64,000 nucleotides of DNA, taken from Octopus vulgaris. Lineage: Eukaryota. The notes below the pieces were generated by a model that was not told the DNA's origin, did no database searches, and saw nothing but the letters and a program-made list of their open reading frames with translations. Location: NCBI GenBank assembly GCA_951406725.2, contig OX597820.1, positions 74,028,001-74,092,000 of the forward strand. Direction: 5' to 3'. Shown here piece after piece: positions 1-13,837 of this stretch (positions are counted from its first letter, which is position 1; each line of letters opens with the position of its first letter). The translations under genes were made by a program, and so were the position numbers.

Positions 1-519
1 GCTTAGCGCTATTTACTGTCTTTATGTTCTGAGTTCAAATTCCGCCGAGATTGACCTTGACTTTCATCTTCTCGGTGTCGATAAAATAAGTACCAGGTGA
101 GCCCTGGTGTCGATGTAATCACTTACCTCTACTCTGAAAATTGCTGGCCTTGTGCCAAAATTTGAAACCAGTAATAAATTCAGGTCATGAAATATAAATC
201 AGGAACAACGAAATAGAAGCAATAATGATTTATGCATTTGAAAAGTGAAGTAGAAATTTAATTTAGTTTCGAATTAGAGTTCCATGGTATATCTTAATCA
301 TAAAAGTTCATTAAAATTTTTGTAACCTTGCAGATACTAGATAATAACAAGATTCGGTCACTGGAAACATATTTATATTGTAAAAATAAACACTTAAATA
401 AATCCTCAGATAACTGTTCATTGATAGCACATGGATTAGTTCAATCACGTTAATGATGAAAAAGTAGCCAAATTAAAAGAGATATTCGGTAATAGGATAG
501 AAAACACAGAATTGCGGGT

Positions 520-577
<58 letters not shown>

Positions 578-859
578 TGTGTGTGTGTATGTACATATAT
601 GTGTAAGGCGGCGAGCTGGTAGAATCGTTGATGCGTGGGGCAAAACGCTTAGTGATATTTACGATCTGAGTTTAAATTCCGCCGATGTTGCAGTTGCTGT
701 TCATCCCTTCGGGGTCGAGGAAATAAGTACCAAACTGAGCAATTCAGTCGATGCAATTGACTTCAATCCAGCTAAAACTGCTGGCCCTGTACCAAAATAA
801 GAAAGGATATATATGCATATAATAATATAAATAATATATATATATATATATATATATAT

Positions 860-1320
860 TTACATGCATATACGGGTACAGGACGTCACCAAACAGTAAA
901 CAACATGAAATACGACGAAAGCAAATAAGTTCAATACGAAAACAACGAGAGAAACAAATGGAAAAGAGGACAAGTAACACAAAGAACGACCCTACGTCAG
1001 CTGTCGGCTGTCTTTCTACTCATCGTTTCGAGCATTGAACGAGAATATGTGTCTTCTCGACAGTCGCTCCCATACGTGCTGAAATAAAATTTGGGATTTA
1101 TGGAGTCAAAGTCGGGAACAAAAACAGCGAACGAAAACAAGCATGGAGGGTCGTTAGACCAGAATGTGGGTAAAAATAGCAAACGCTGGAGAAATATTTT
1201 CTTTGACAAGAGAAAAGATATAAGAGAGAGATAGGATATGTGTTGTCCTTAAAACAGTCGTGAAAGAAAAGAAAGATGATCACGTGAAGAACAGAAAGAT
1301 GGACGATGGTCACGTGTGAG
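860..1320 (-). mobile_element. Repeat with terminus gtcctgtaccc(a/g)tatatgca abutting (TA)n (related ends at ~9020-9220 and ~22320-22400)
   Basis: The same terminal motif occurs three times, each time running directly into a TA microsatellite. Penelope-like assignment is inferred. Confidence 0.45.
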
Positions 1321-2012
1321 CAACGAGAGAGAGAGAGAGTGAAGCGGAGAAAGAGGGGGAGGGAGGGACAGTGAGAGAAAACTGTGTAAAGTCACATAAC
1401 TAACTGGTACTCCGCTGGTTACGATGGAGAAGGTTCTAGTTGATCTGATCGACAGAACAGACTGCTCGTGAAATTAACGTGTAAGTGGCTGAGTACTCCA
1501 CAGACACGCGTAGCCTTAACGTACTTCTTAGATATATATGTATGCATGTAAATGTGTATGTCTCCCTATTTTTGCGTTTCTCCTCCACCATCATTTGTCT
1601 ATGGTGTTGGCTTTTTTTATAATCCTGCAGGTTAGAAGTTCGGCAGGTGAGACCTATATAATGAATACCACACTTACGAAAAACAAAAAAAGAAAAAGCA
1701 GGTCAGTTCTCGGCTTGTCCAACTAAACCAATCAAGGGGGTGCTCCAGCATGACCGCAGTCCAATAATTGAAACAAGAAAAAAATTAAAGATTAAAGATT
1801 AAATAAAGCGATGAAAAAATAAGAACGTGCGAATGTGTGAATGTATTTTAAGAGAGAGAAAAAGAGGGAAAAAAAAGGTGTGAAGGAAGTAATCCGAGAC
1901 AAAGGGACAATATGCGGTGGGTGGGTTTGTCGGTGGTTGATTTTCTGACTGGGTTATTATTATTATTTGATAAAAAGGGGACAAAAACGTGTTCAACATA
2001 AACATTAGGGGC

Positions 2013-2054
<42 letters not shown>

Positions 2055-2176
2055 CATATGTGTATATATGTGTCTGCGTGTTTGGGGGTATATGTGTACA
2101 CGTGTGTGCGAATATGTATATATATATATATAGGTGTGTGCGTATGTATATATATATATATATATATACACACACA

Positions 2177-2283
<107 letters not shown>

Positions 2284-2869
2284 ACACACATACCTAGGTG
2301 AAAATAAGTATCATGAATAGGAAGTTTAAAATACTATCTGAAGCGAGTGAGGGTAGAGTGTCTGAGGAAGATAATGGAAATAGGGGCAGTGCGTGTGTGC
2401 GAGTATTTATGTAAGTGTGTGTGTGTGTGTGTGTGTATGTGTGTGTGTGTGTAAGAGATATTAGACTGTATGAATGAGTAAAGGAAGAGTAGGGCAGTAG
2501 GAGATGTAAAGGCGGTTAATATTATTGGTATGTGGTGGTGGTGGTGTTGGTCATGGTGAGGGTGTCAGAAAATGAGGAAGTTAGTGTGGATTATTTAAGG
2601 GTTCTGGTAATATGAGGGAGGGACCTTTGTGGTGGTTGTGGTTGTGCTGGTGGTGGTGAATAGTCTAATGAAAGAATTAAAATAATGTTGTTATCGTTGT
2701 TGTTGTTAAGTCTGAGAATCTGAAGTCATCCCTGATCGAGTAACCCTTTGAAGTCATTTGGTTGTTATTTCCAACAAGTCGGGTGACAACGTGAAGTAGA
2801 AGGAGAGGTATTTAGCACAAAACAGAGGTACCTGATATGAAATAGATGTACCTTGCTGCCAACGTTGTT

Positions 2870-3070
2870 AATAATGGAGCTTTTAGCCACAGGTCAACCG
2901 GGATTGAACATACCTATGCAAACAAATATTCCTGTCATGACCATCCTGTTTTCTCCTACATGTAAGAAACCTAGAGCTACGTTACCCAACGTTTCAAGAC
3001 GGTTCACTGTGATTTGGGGTAGACTTGGCTGCTATTTCTAGCATGTCGAGCAACCACGTAGAACCCTCTA
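2870..3070. repeat. Old interspersed repeat family (also ~3925-4090, 12190-12340, 19690-20060, 23580-23730, 41120-41280)
   Basis: Recurrent degenerate motifs tttagccccaggtca...attccagccatgaccatcc...gctgctatttctagcaggtcga; class not determined. Confidence 0.55.
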
Positions 3071-3501
3071 GTTTGCTCATAAAGTTCGTGGCGGTAGAGA
3101 TTTCTTTTATTTCTTTTGTCTTTCACTTGTTTTCTGTAATTGAACTACGGCCATGCTGGGGCACCAGATTGAAGAGTTTTAGTCAAACAAATCGACCCCA
3201 GGACTTTGTAGGCCTAGTGCTTATTCAATCAGTTTCTAAATTACGGGGACGTAAACACTTCAACATCGGTTGTCAAGCGATGGTGAGGGGGCGGGGCAAA
3301 CACAGACACACAAATACACACACACACAGAGGCACATATACGACGGTCTTCTTTCAGTTTCCGTCTACCAAATTCACTCACAAGGCTTTGGTCGGCCTGA
3401 GGCTATAGTAGAAGACACTTACCCAAGGTGTCACGCAGTAGAACTGAACCCGGAACCATGTGGTTGGGAAGCAAGCTTCTTACCACACAGCTACTCCTGC
3501 G

Positions 3502-3546
<45 letters not shown>

Positions 3547-3548
<2 letters not shown>

Positions 3549-3688
3549 TAAACAGTAAAAATAATTACAGACATGGACAAGAACATGAAACGCCACAGAG
3601 ACGACACAAGAACCACAGGACGGGACATTCGAAGCCCTCAGTCATCAGTCAAGAACCAGATCATCTTAGCAATTTCGGCTGATTAATC

Positions 3689-3692
<4 letters not shown>
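3547..3692 (-). mobile_element. Truncated copy of the 46776-47814 element
   Basis: Matches the first ~146 bp of the 255-bp repeat and is embedded in (TA)n on both sides. Confidence 0.85.
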
Positions 3693-3763
<71 letters not shown>

Positions 3764-4550
3764 ATATTTATATATGCAACAGGCTTCTTTCAGTTCCCGC
3801 CTTCCAGATTCATTCACAAAGCTTTGGTCGGGCTATAGAAGATAATTTACCCAAGAAGCCACGCAGAAGGACTGAAACCGAAACCTTCTGGTCGGGAAGC
3901 AAATTTCTTACCACGCAGCTGCTCTTGCTGTTGTTTAGCCCCACGTCACACCTTTGACAAAAGACATTCCATCAATAACTGTCTATATGTTTTTGGCCCT
4001 TTAAAAAAGAACCGGTTGCGTACGATTTGCAGGTGATTTGACTTCTATTCCTAGCAGGTCGAATGATCACGTTCAAGTTCCCTCATTTTTTCGCGGGGTG
4101 GTTTGTTGTTTGTGATAGTGTAGTTGCGATAGTGATGCTAGAACAGGGTGATATATAGGGTATTAATGTTGGTAGCGAAGGGGTGGTCGTAATCGGAATT
4201 GTGCTGATGTGATAGTAATGGGGGTAGCGGCGGCGGTGGGGGTGGGGGTGGGGGTGAGGATGTTGACATTAATGAGGAATATATTGGTGTCAGCTGTATT
4301 GTGAGTAGATTATAACACGCTGTGGGGGACGGGTGGTGACGGTGATAGTAGTAGTAGTAATAGTAGTAGTTGTAGTAGTGGGAGGAGGTGGAAGAGATTG
4401 CCGCCTTGACGATGGATGGACAGTGATGGTGGGGGTAGCGTTGTCGTTCATGGAGCATTGTTCACACCCCTCCATACACTCACATGTATTATATACATAG
4501 TGTGCGTGAATTTGTGTGTGTATGTGTGTGTGTGTGCGCGTGTGGCGTAA

Positions 4551-4601
<51 letters not shown>

Positions 4602-4847
4602 CGCTACGCACACGTACGCACATGCATATATATATATATACTCTTTAACTGATTTCTGTCATTTGACTGTGGCCATGCTGGAGCACCGCCTTTAGTCGAG
4701 CACATCGACCCCAGGACTTATTCTTAGTAAGCCTAGTACTTATTCTCTCAGTTTCTTTTGCCGAACTTCTAAGTTACGGGGACGTAAACGCACCAGCATC
4801 GGTTGTCAAGCGATGTTGGGGGGGGACAAACACAGACACACAAACAT

Positions 4848-4886
<39 letters not shown>

Positions 4887-4974
4887 TACGACGGGCTCCT
4901 TTCAGTTTCCGTCTACCAAATCCACTCACAAGACTTTGGTTGGCCCGAGGCTATAGTAGAAGACTATATATAGA

Positions 4975-5021
<47 letters not shown>

Positions 5022-5188
5022 TCAATATAGGGTGGCAAAAAAAATTTTGTAGAATTCTTTTGCCACCAGCGGCCTAGTAGGAAAAAATTAAAATAGTCAT
5101 AGACCATTTTTAAGTTTAACATCAACAATAAAGGAACGGCCATAATAGGCCATTCACCCACTAGAAATAACAGCCAAAGCTTCAACCG

Positions 5189-5303
<115 letters not shown>

Positions 5304-5370
5304 CGGCGAGCTGGCAGAAACGTTAGCACGCCGGGCGAAATGCGTAGCCGTATTTCGTCTGCCGTTACGA

Positions 5371-5645
5371 GGAGGCGCAATGGCCCAGTGGTTAGGGCAG
5401 CGGACTCGCGGTCGTAGGATCGCGGTTTCGATTCCCAGACCGGGCGTTGTGAGTGTTTATTAAGTGAAAACACTTAAAAGCTCCACGAGGCTCCGGCAGG
5501 GGCTGATGAACCCTGCTGTACTCTTTCACCACTCTTTCTTCTGTCGGCCTACTCGCTTAGCCAGCGGGGTGGCGTCATTCAAAGGCTAAAACAATGCGAA
5601 CGCTTTGTGATCAGCGATGTGTAACAACATCTGATGGTGGTCGGT

Positions 5646-5652
<7 letters not shown>
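5371..5652 (+). mobile_element. SINE family C head with an alternative tail, fused behind a family A head (5305-5369)
   Basis: Head of the same type as in 20423-20805. The tail ctcgcttagccagcggggtggcgtcatt...gtcggtca recurs alone at 27913-28017(-). Confidence 0.8.
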
Positions 5653-5688
<36 letters not shown>

Positions 5689-6219
5689 TACATACACCAC
5701 CACCACCACCGCTTGACAACTTGAATAAAGTACTAGGCTTACAAAGAATAATTTCGATTTCGTCAACTGAAAAAGTAAAAAGACATGGTCGCTGTCTAAT
5801 GACTGAAATATGTAAGGGATAAAAGATAAACGATAAACAAATAACTTCTGGATTGTGGTTCTCTACATCTGTTCCACACCTTTATTCTTTTAATTTTTCG
5901 TTGATGAATAGAATTATTACATCATGCGAAAAAGGCGTTTTCATTAGGTGAATATATGTAAGAATGAAGCATTTTAAAACATCGCAAATCCAAAGCAAAA
6001 TTGCCATCTTTTGAATCTACTGACCATGATTCGATCTTTCTATGAATGTATATTGATTTCTTTTATATCTTCTACTGGCTTTAGTCATTAGACTTCGGCC
6101 TTACTTGAAGAAAGTCGAATGAATCGACTCCAGTTCTTATTTCTTAAAATTCTAGTGTTTCTATCTTTTCAGTACTCCATCATATATGCATATATAGAGA
6201 AATATATAAATTCATATAT

Positions 6220-6400
6220 AGGGAGAGTTTACGAAAAAAACAAAGGGCGAAGACAGGTGGTGTACAAAACAAACAGATGTATTAGTATAACTCTCAGGAA
6301 TAGAAAAAGTCTTTGACGTTTCGAGCCTACGCTCTTCTACAGAAAGGGACACAGAAAAAACAAGGAGAGAAACAAAAACGTGTGTAGTGGCTAACGATCT
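6220..6400 (-). mobile_element. Penelope-like short element (related copies 49958-50155 and 53298-53435; fragment 7345-7385)
   Basis: Shared minus-strand motif ctttctgt..aagagcgtaggctcgaaacgtcaaag and shared flanks; all copies adjoin TA-rich microsatellite. Confidence 0.55.
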
Positions 6401-6425
6401 ATATATACATACATTTCTGCATTTA

Positions 6426-6456
<31 letters not shown>

Positions 6457-6460
<4 letters not shown>

Positions 6461-7260
6461 AATCTCATAAATAATGTATTTTTTATACTTCTTTTATTTT
6501 TCAAAATTAAGATAGACGAAGTTCTTTTTTAAATCTAAAACATACTCTTCTTCATTTTCTACAATGCTCTTCCATCTATCTGATTGACTTTCAAGGCCCC
6601 TCTTCCAAAATTCACTTGTCCGTGACGAAAAATACTCCTCCAATACTGTTCTGACCTCGTCTACAGAATTCATATTTTTCCGTCCAAATGATTTGGAAGA
6701 CTGCAGAATAAATGATAATTAGATGGGGCAATGTCCGTCGAATATAGTAGGTGTGGGATCATTTTCTATTCAAAATGTTCCAGCCTTTGGAATGTCATCC
6801 TCACTGTATGTGGCTGAGCATTATACTGATGGAAGAACATGTTTCGTCTTGAAATCAAAGATGATCATTTTTCTCTAGCGCAGGTATCGATGAATGGTTG
6901 AATGATCAAATCAAGCTTCTCTGTTAGTTCCTCAATAGTTACGATGGGATTTTATTCCACTAGGGTTTGCAGATCTTCCAGGACGAGGCTCGTCTTCTAG
7001 GTTGTAGTTTCCGGCTCGGAATTTCTGGAACCACCGTTGACACTGACCTACGTTTATTGTCTGATTCCCATATACTGCATTAATATTCTTCGCACTTTCC
7101 GTTGCGTTGATGCCTCTATTGAACACATAAAGCAAAATATACCGCAATATGCTTTTTTTTTGTTACTTCCATTATAGCTTTGAAAAAAAAATAACTGTTA
7201 AAATCGAACTGAACTCTTCGAAACTTGCACTAAGAATACTAACAATGTAAAATTACTGCC
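6457..7260 (-). pseudogene. Decayed, internally deleted mariner transposase
   Basis: RYILLYVFNRGINATESAKNINAVYG...QRWFQKFRAGNYNLEDEPRPGR is the mariner N-terminal HTH. Downstream remnants HQYNAQPH and PHLLYSTDIAPSNYHLF match HDNARPH/YSPDLAPSDYHLF, with stops and frameshifts. Confidence 0.88.
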
Positions 7261-7382
7261 TGCTTTTATAGCAAGTTGATACGGGTAGTTTATCCCGTTC
7301 CCTCCAACTTTTAGTTCATATATATATATACACACATACACACACCCGTCTTCGTCTTTTGTTTTTTTTTTGTAAATTCTCA

Positions 7383-7433
<51 letters not shown>

Positions 7434-8031
7434 TATATATGAATATATACTAGCTCAATAGCCAGTCGTTGCCAGGCAACTTTTACAATAGATTGTCTTA
7501 TATAAATTTTTGTTTATTCCATGTCAGAGCATGCCTTCCCCGACAGATAGACGTCTTGATCAGGACAGAGTTGTGCAATGTTTCGCAAAAAAATTCGTTG
7601 AGGATATTTTTCCGTTCTAAATTATTTACATGTCTGTTCGACTGTTACACATGACTTTATTCATTAAAACGTCAGAACTTCTTACAACTTTGGTCGTCGT
7701 TATGCTTTGGTTTGGTTTGTTTGATAAAAATCTTTCTCCTAATGATTTTTCTTTCATTTTGTGATAGACAGCTATCATGCAGAAAATGTCAGCTATCATG
7801 CGGCTATCATGTAGAAAATGCCGGCTTCCAAATCCTATTTTCTGATTAGGTTAAATTGATGAAATTTAAACTTCAATGACTTTTTTCTGCAATATTTCTG
7901 GAACAAATAAATAACAAAATCGGATTTAATGTGGAAAATTATTTCAATATACCAAATCTGAAAATTTTGACGTAATTTTAACATCTCATGTGACAGCAAC
8001 AGGGAATAAAGAGACAGACAGTTATAGGATG

Positions 8032-8095
<64 letters not shown>

Positions 8096-8101
8096 ACACA
8101 G

Positions 8102-8143
<42 letters not shown>

Positions 8144-8789
8144 GCACGCACGCACACACACATACACACACACAAACAAACACACACAAACACACAAATG
8201 GTGTATTGTAGACATATGTATGTATGTATATATATGTATGTGTGTGTGTCTGTGTGTGAGTGATTCTTTACGATGAACATCAAAAAAGCCACGTAGCCCC
8301 TCTCTCATTAAAGCTACGTATTCCTCACACCTACCTTTCTGAGTATGTGCATGTGTATGTGTGTGTATATGTGTGTGCTGTATCTATGCCTTTACGAAAG
8401 TATGTATGCAGCATCGCATGTACATGACGGTTGTATTAACGTTTACCTTCTCATTGCCACTCAATATTTGTCGCTTACATAACGCTGTTTTCGCCTTCCC
8501 TGATATAAGTCACTCTCACTTTGCTGCTGCGTTTCCGTCCGACAACCGATGTTAGTGTGTTTACGTCCCGTAACTTAGCAGTTCGGCAGAAAGAGCCCTA
8601 TAGAATAAGTACTAGGCTTATAAAGAATACGTCCTCGGATCGATTTGTTCGACTAAAGGTGGTGCCCTAGTATGGCCACAGTCAAATGACTGAAACAAAT
8701 AAAAGAAAAAAGAATATACTCATACATACATACACGCACAATACATGCATACATGTATACATGCATACATGTATACATACATACATACA

Positions 8790-8928
<139 letters not shown>

Positions 8929-9922
8929 ATATTTATTATAACCATGAGTATAATTATAATTATCCTCATAATTATAAGAAGGTAATTTTATTTAATTTGC
9001 TTTGCGGGAAGGACTGTTTCAATGTTGTCGTGTCTACTGCCTTTACCTTCGAAACACGCAATAAGTCGAAACAGGGGAAGCTGAAGAAGGGGAATGTTGT
9101 ATGTCTTGTACTTTGTTTTTTCGTTGTTAAAAAAAGTTGTTTCCTTGTTTTGTTTTTATGTTTTCGTTTCTTGTTGTGGTCTACGTTTTTTTTTTGTGGT
9201 GTCCTGTACCCATATATGCACATATATATATACATATAGATGTAGGTATGTACATATATGTATTATGTATGCATATGTTTTATCCATTAAATTGTTATTA
9301 TATGACTGAACGCCACGGGTCTTCTTCCAAGTAAGTTTTATATATATACTAGACTACTGGTGACACGTTGGGTCACCTGGAAAGTCTGAGTTTCGTTTTC
9401 TTTTCTAGGTTATTTCGCATGCTTTTAACGAATATGTCATCGAAATCATTTGTAAACAGCTCTTTCCCCAGAAAAGGAAAGATTCGGCTGCTATTTCTTG
9501 CACGCCTTGCTACCACGTAACAGGTATTTCGCAAATAGCTGTTACGTGGTAGCAGGGCACACGTACATACATACATACATACATACATACATACATACAT
9601 ACATACATACATCATTGCTCTAGTTATTCGTACATAAATGCTTCAAAAATACTCGATATTGTGAACAAATATGAACATTTCTTAAACAATAGTGTTATTC
9701 AAATGTGTTTGTACTTTATCATTTAAATCTACCGGGAAACAACAGAATATATATTTTTATACATTAAACATAGAATATAGGTTGTTTTGTTTTCCAATAT
9801 ATCTAAATGTGTAACGCTATCCGTCCACACACTCATCCATCCATCCATCCATCCATCCATCCATCCATCCATCCATCCATCCATCCATCCATCCATCCAA
9901 CCATCCATCCATCCATCCATCA

Positions 9923-9972
<50 letters not shown>

Positions 9973-10276
9973 ACTTCATTGACCGAGGTTACTGTGGTCT
10001 TTTCCGTAGGCTTTTCTTTCCACGGGTAAATCTCACCTGTCCTCCTCTTTACACTTTATATTGACATTTCTGTGATAACGATCCCCTATTGATCGATTTT
10101 TTCTTTTTCCTTTAATTGTTATTTCCCGCTCCCTTATATTTTCTTTCCTCTTTCTTTCCTTTTACGATCCCTTTTGATCGAAAACCAAACCCCCACTTTT
10201 TTATCCCCAAAAAGAAAAGCTCTACCTTGTAATTTGTCCCGTCTGTGTGCAGCCCTGTGTGGCTAATGAAGAAACA
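9973..10276 (+). mobile_element. Shorter copy (3' UTR only) of the same L1/Tx1-like LINE
   Basis: Aligns to the reverse complement of 56255-56560 and is flanked by (TATC)n on both sides. Confidence 0.8.
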
Positions 10277-10362
<86 letters not shown>

Positions 10363-11137
10363 CGAGGGTGGGCTGAAAGTTCATAGGCTGACTAAGAAGG
10401 AGTGATGCTACAGTTATAAAATCTTGCGTGCATTAATCTCAACACTTCCTATTAATAACTGTAATGTTTCTTCCCATGTCAATTGACATCTCACTGTTCG
10501 AAGATGACTCTAGAAGTAGCTACAGTAGTGAGTTCTCTTGAAAAGGGATAAAATTTGGCATCGTGATGTTATCAGGTACCTGCAGAGAAAAAAAAAAGGA
10601 TGTAGCCGCAACAACAGCCATGCAAACATGGTTGCTACATTAAAGGATGACGCTCCAGCTTGATCAACTGTACAAAAGTGAGTAACTGAATTTAGGCGGG
10701 GAAAGGAAAGTTTAGAACAGCGATGGGCAACTTTTCGTCAACTGGAGGGGTCACATCGTACCATTTCCAAGTGGGAGAGGGCCGTATGATAAAACAAATA
10801 TGCATGAAATATTACTTGCCCACTTTACACTGAATTTTGGGCAGTTTTTCTTAATTTTATTTGCCTTAATATGAAATTAGTATCCTAAAAAACTCGTCGA
10901 GGGCCGCAGGTTGCCCATGCATGGTTTAGAAGATGACACCAACGTCTGGACGTCCTGAACTGCCATCATCGAGGAAAAGATTGATCACAGATGGATGTCA
11001 GGCGATTGACTATAAATCAAATAGCCAGTGCTATTAGCATATCCCATAAGAAAGTTGAGAATATTCTGCACAATCAACTTGGCCTGATGAAGGTTTCTGC
11101 TTGAAGGGTATCAGGTCTTATGACACCTTATCAAAAG
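10363..11137 (+). pseudogene. Decayed mariner element, 5' half
   Basis: TA followed by the mariner-type end cgagggtgggctgaaagttc. Remnant peptides EFRRGKESLEDD..SGRP and ILHNQLGLMKVSA. Interrupted by a hAT MITE. Confidence 0.75.
10718..10923. mobile_element. hAT (Charlie-like) MITE nested in the mariner
   Basis: TIRs cagcgatgggcaac / gttgcccatgcatg; perfect 8-bp TSD gtttagaa (10710-10717, 10924-10931). Confidence 0.85.
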
Positions 11138-11658
11138 CGCGCGCGCACGTGTGTGCGCGTGCGTGTGTGTGCGTGTGCGTGTATTTATACATGTATGTGT
11201 GTATATTTGTGGATGTCTTTGTGTATGACCTTGCTTGACAACCAGTGATGTTTCGATTACGTCTCACGTATCTAGCAGTTCGCCAAAACGGACCGACAGA
11301 ACAAATACCAGATTTTAAAAGTAAGTATCGAAGGGATTTGTTCCATTGAAGCTTTTCATGGTGATGCTCCAGCGTGGCCGTTATTCAATGACTGAAACAA
11401 GTTAAAACATGCAAAAAATTTCATATTTATGTCGGATGCAAGACAGTGGCCTGGCTAAATCGTTAGCATACTGGGCGAAATGCTTAGCGGCATTTCTTCC
11501 AACGTAACTTTCCGAGTTCAAATTCCGCTAAGGCCGATTTTGCCTTTCCTCTTTTCAGGGTCCATAAAATAAGTACCAGTTGAGCACTGGGGTCGATGTA
11601 ATCAAATTACTGGCCATGTGTCAAAATTTGAAACCTATTTACATGCTGGGTTCCAAAC

Positions 11659-11908
11659 CAGTGGTTTCCAAACTTTGGTTCTATGGCCTCATTCCTAGTG
11701 CCCCAACTCCTACTCACCATCATAGACACAAACCATTTTCTGCAGCAAATTCAAGACAACTGTATTTCAGATATAAGACTTAACCTAATTAACTATTTAT
11801 GTTGGTTTTTTTTTTACATCCATTGCCCGTTTTGGTCACCCCGTTATCGCCCCATTTTTCTTCAATGCCCTCCTGGATCTTTCCACCGCTCACTTTGAGG
11901 AACCACAG
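11659..11908. mobile_element. hAT MITE
   Basis: Ends cagtggtttccaaa / tttgaggaaccacag; TSD ttccaaac / atccaaac (7 of 8). Confidence 0.65.
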
Positions 11909-12779
11909 ATCCAAACTTGTGTCTAGGAATTTTGATATTCAGTAGTTTTTTTTTGTCGTGTACGTTGAGAGCCGGACGTATCCTTGACAAGTTACCCAAC
12001 TATCTAATCATACAGCGTTCTATTTTAAGAAATGTGGTACGTGTATTCAAAGACATAGTATTCGATGGTGCAACAGTGCTAATGATAATGATGACGATGT
12101 TTTTAAGAAAGGAAAATTCCAACCAGCCATTTTGTTTTCCATCTGTTTTTTATTTTTATTTTGGCGGGTGAAGGAAAAATAACCGATATTGTAAACACCA
12201 TGTTAGCGTTGATAGAACAAACCTACGATCAAAAGAATTCCAGATGTGGCCACCCTGTCTTTTACTTTTCTTGTGTATTTTGTTTTAGATGTATTTGGTT
12301 TGGAAGGCATTTGGCTACAATTTCTAGCAGGTCGAACAAACATTATAAAAAAGATCGATCCTCTGATGACCCGAATGAATATTGTAATCCAGGGACCGCA
12401 TGACTAGTGGTTGCCCATGTATGAATTCCTGTCCTCTTCCTCCTCCTCTCCACATCACCGATGTCACCCAAGGGAAGCACAAGGGCCAATACAGCTTGCT
12501 GCCATTGTTGTCGGAGACGTTTGTCACAAGGCTGCAAAAGGGTCACGAAATATCACGTCCGACGTTCTTACAATTACGTCACCTCACCCATTCAGCAAAA
12601 TACTTTATTTATCGACCCACGAAAGGTGGTATATATATATGAACTTGAAACGTACAATACGGGAATACCGCTAGGTATTCTATAATGAATGGCGACAGTC
12701 AAACGACTGAAACAAATAAAAGAATAAAAGAATAGAAAAATATAAGTATATATATATATATATATATATATACTATTTT

Positions 12780-12994
12780 ACTCTTTGTTTCAGTCATTTG
12801 ATTGTGGCTATGCTGGAGCACCGCCTTTAGTCGAGCAGATCGACTCCAAGACTTAGTCTTTGTAAGCCTAGTACTTATTCTATCCGTCTCTTTTGCTGAA
12901 TCGCTAAGTTACGGGGACGTAAACACACCAGCATCGGTTGTCAAGCAATGTTGGGGGGGGGACAAATACAAGCACACAAACATATGCATACACT

Positions 12995-13065
<71 letters not shown>

Positions 13066-13217
13066 GACGGGCTTCTTTCTGTTTCCGTCTACCAAATCCA
13101 CTCACAAGGTTTTGATCGGCTCGAGGCTATAGTAGAAGATACTTGCCCAAGATGCCACGCAGTGGGACTGAACCCGGAACCATGTGGTTCGTAAGCAAGC
13201 TACTTACCACACTGCCA

Positions 13218-13220
<3 letters not shown>
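12780..13220 (-). mobile_element. SINE family B copy ~600 bp upstream of the LRR start codon
   Basis: Collinear with family B; expanded internal (TA)n. Confidence 0.85.
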
Positions 13221-13305
<85 letters not shown>

Positions 13306-13837
13306 CATACATACATATATATACATATATATATCAGTTGGTCAGCTGATTTGATAGTAGCTAAGTAGGAGGTCTGTGGGAGCCTAGCTATTATTATTTG
13401 TTGTGAGTGGGGGAAAAAAATGCAGGAAAGTAAAACAAAAACAAAAAGCTTGTGAGGGAGGTAAAATAGAGTGAGAGTAATCAGTCAGACAGCTAAAGAC
13501 TGCTAGACTTACAAGGCCTGGCAAGACCGTCAGGTTTGGTGGTAGTCAAAGCAGGCGCAGACCGACAGACATTTAGACAGTCAGACCGATAGGCAGAGAG
13601 ATACAAAACAAACCAGGCATGCTTTCGTAGTCGCCGAATTATACAGTTTAGTTATCTTTTTTTTTTTTTGACTCAACTCATTCATGGAATCTCTCAGTTG
13701 GACTCCGTTCTCGTACTATTAGCATACATGCATGTTTCAATCTATTTATCCGTCTCTTTATCACAACCATCATCAGCATCATCAGCGACAGCAAAACAAT
13801 CAATAGGCACAACAACAACAGTAAAAGCATCGCCATC

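Noticed and set aside
5371-5445. tRNA gene candidates (also at the heads of SINE families A, B and D)
   Set aside because: A and B boxes are present, but each continues into a multi-copy SINE body with no proper acceptor stem or terminator.
9040-9095. Type II hammerhead (GAAA before CUGAAGA), with similar spacing at ~990-1035 and ~46870-46905
   Set aside because: Core words are present, but stems I and III could not be paired convincingly by eye.
12161-12685. Cluster of overlapping 67-87 aa ORFs
   Set aside because: No recognisable domain; partly overlaps old repeat fragments, and short ORFs are expected by chance.
13660-13700. Splice acceptor for an upstream 5' UTR exon (poly-T...ctctcAG at 13696-13697)
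   Set aside because: Plausible, but no donor or promoter evidence is identifiable without transcripts.
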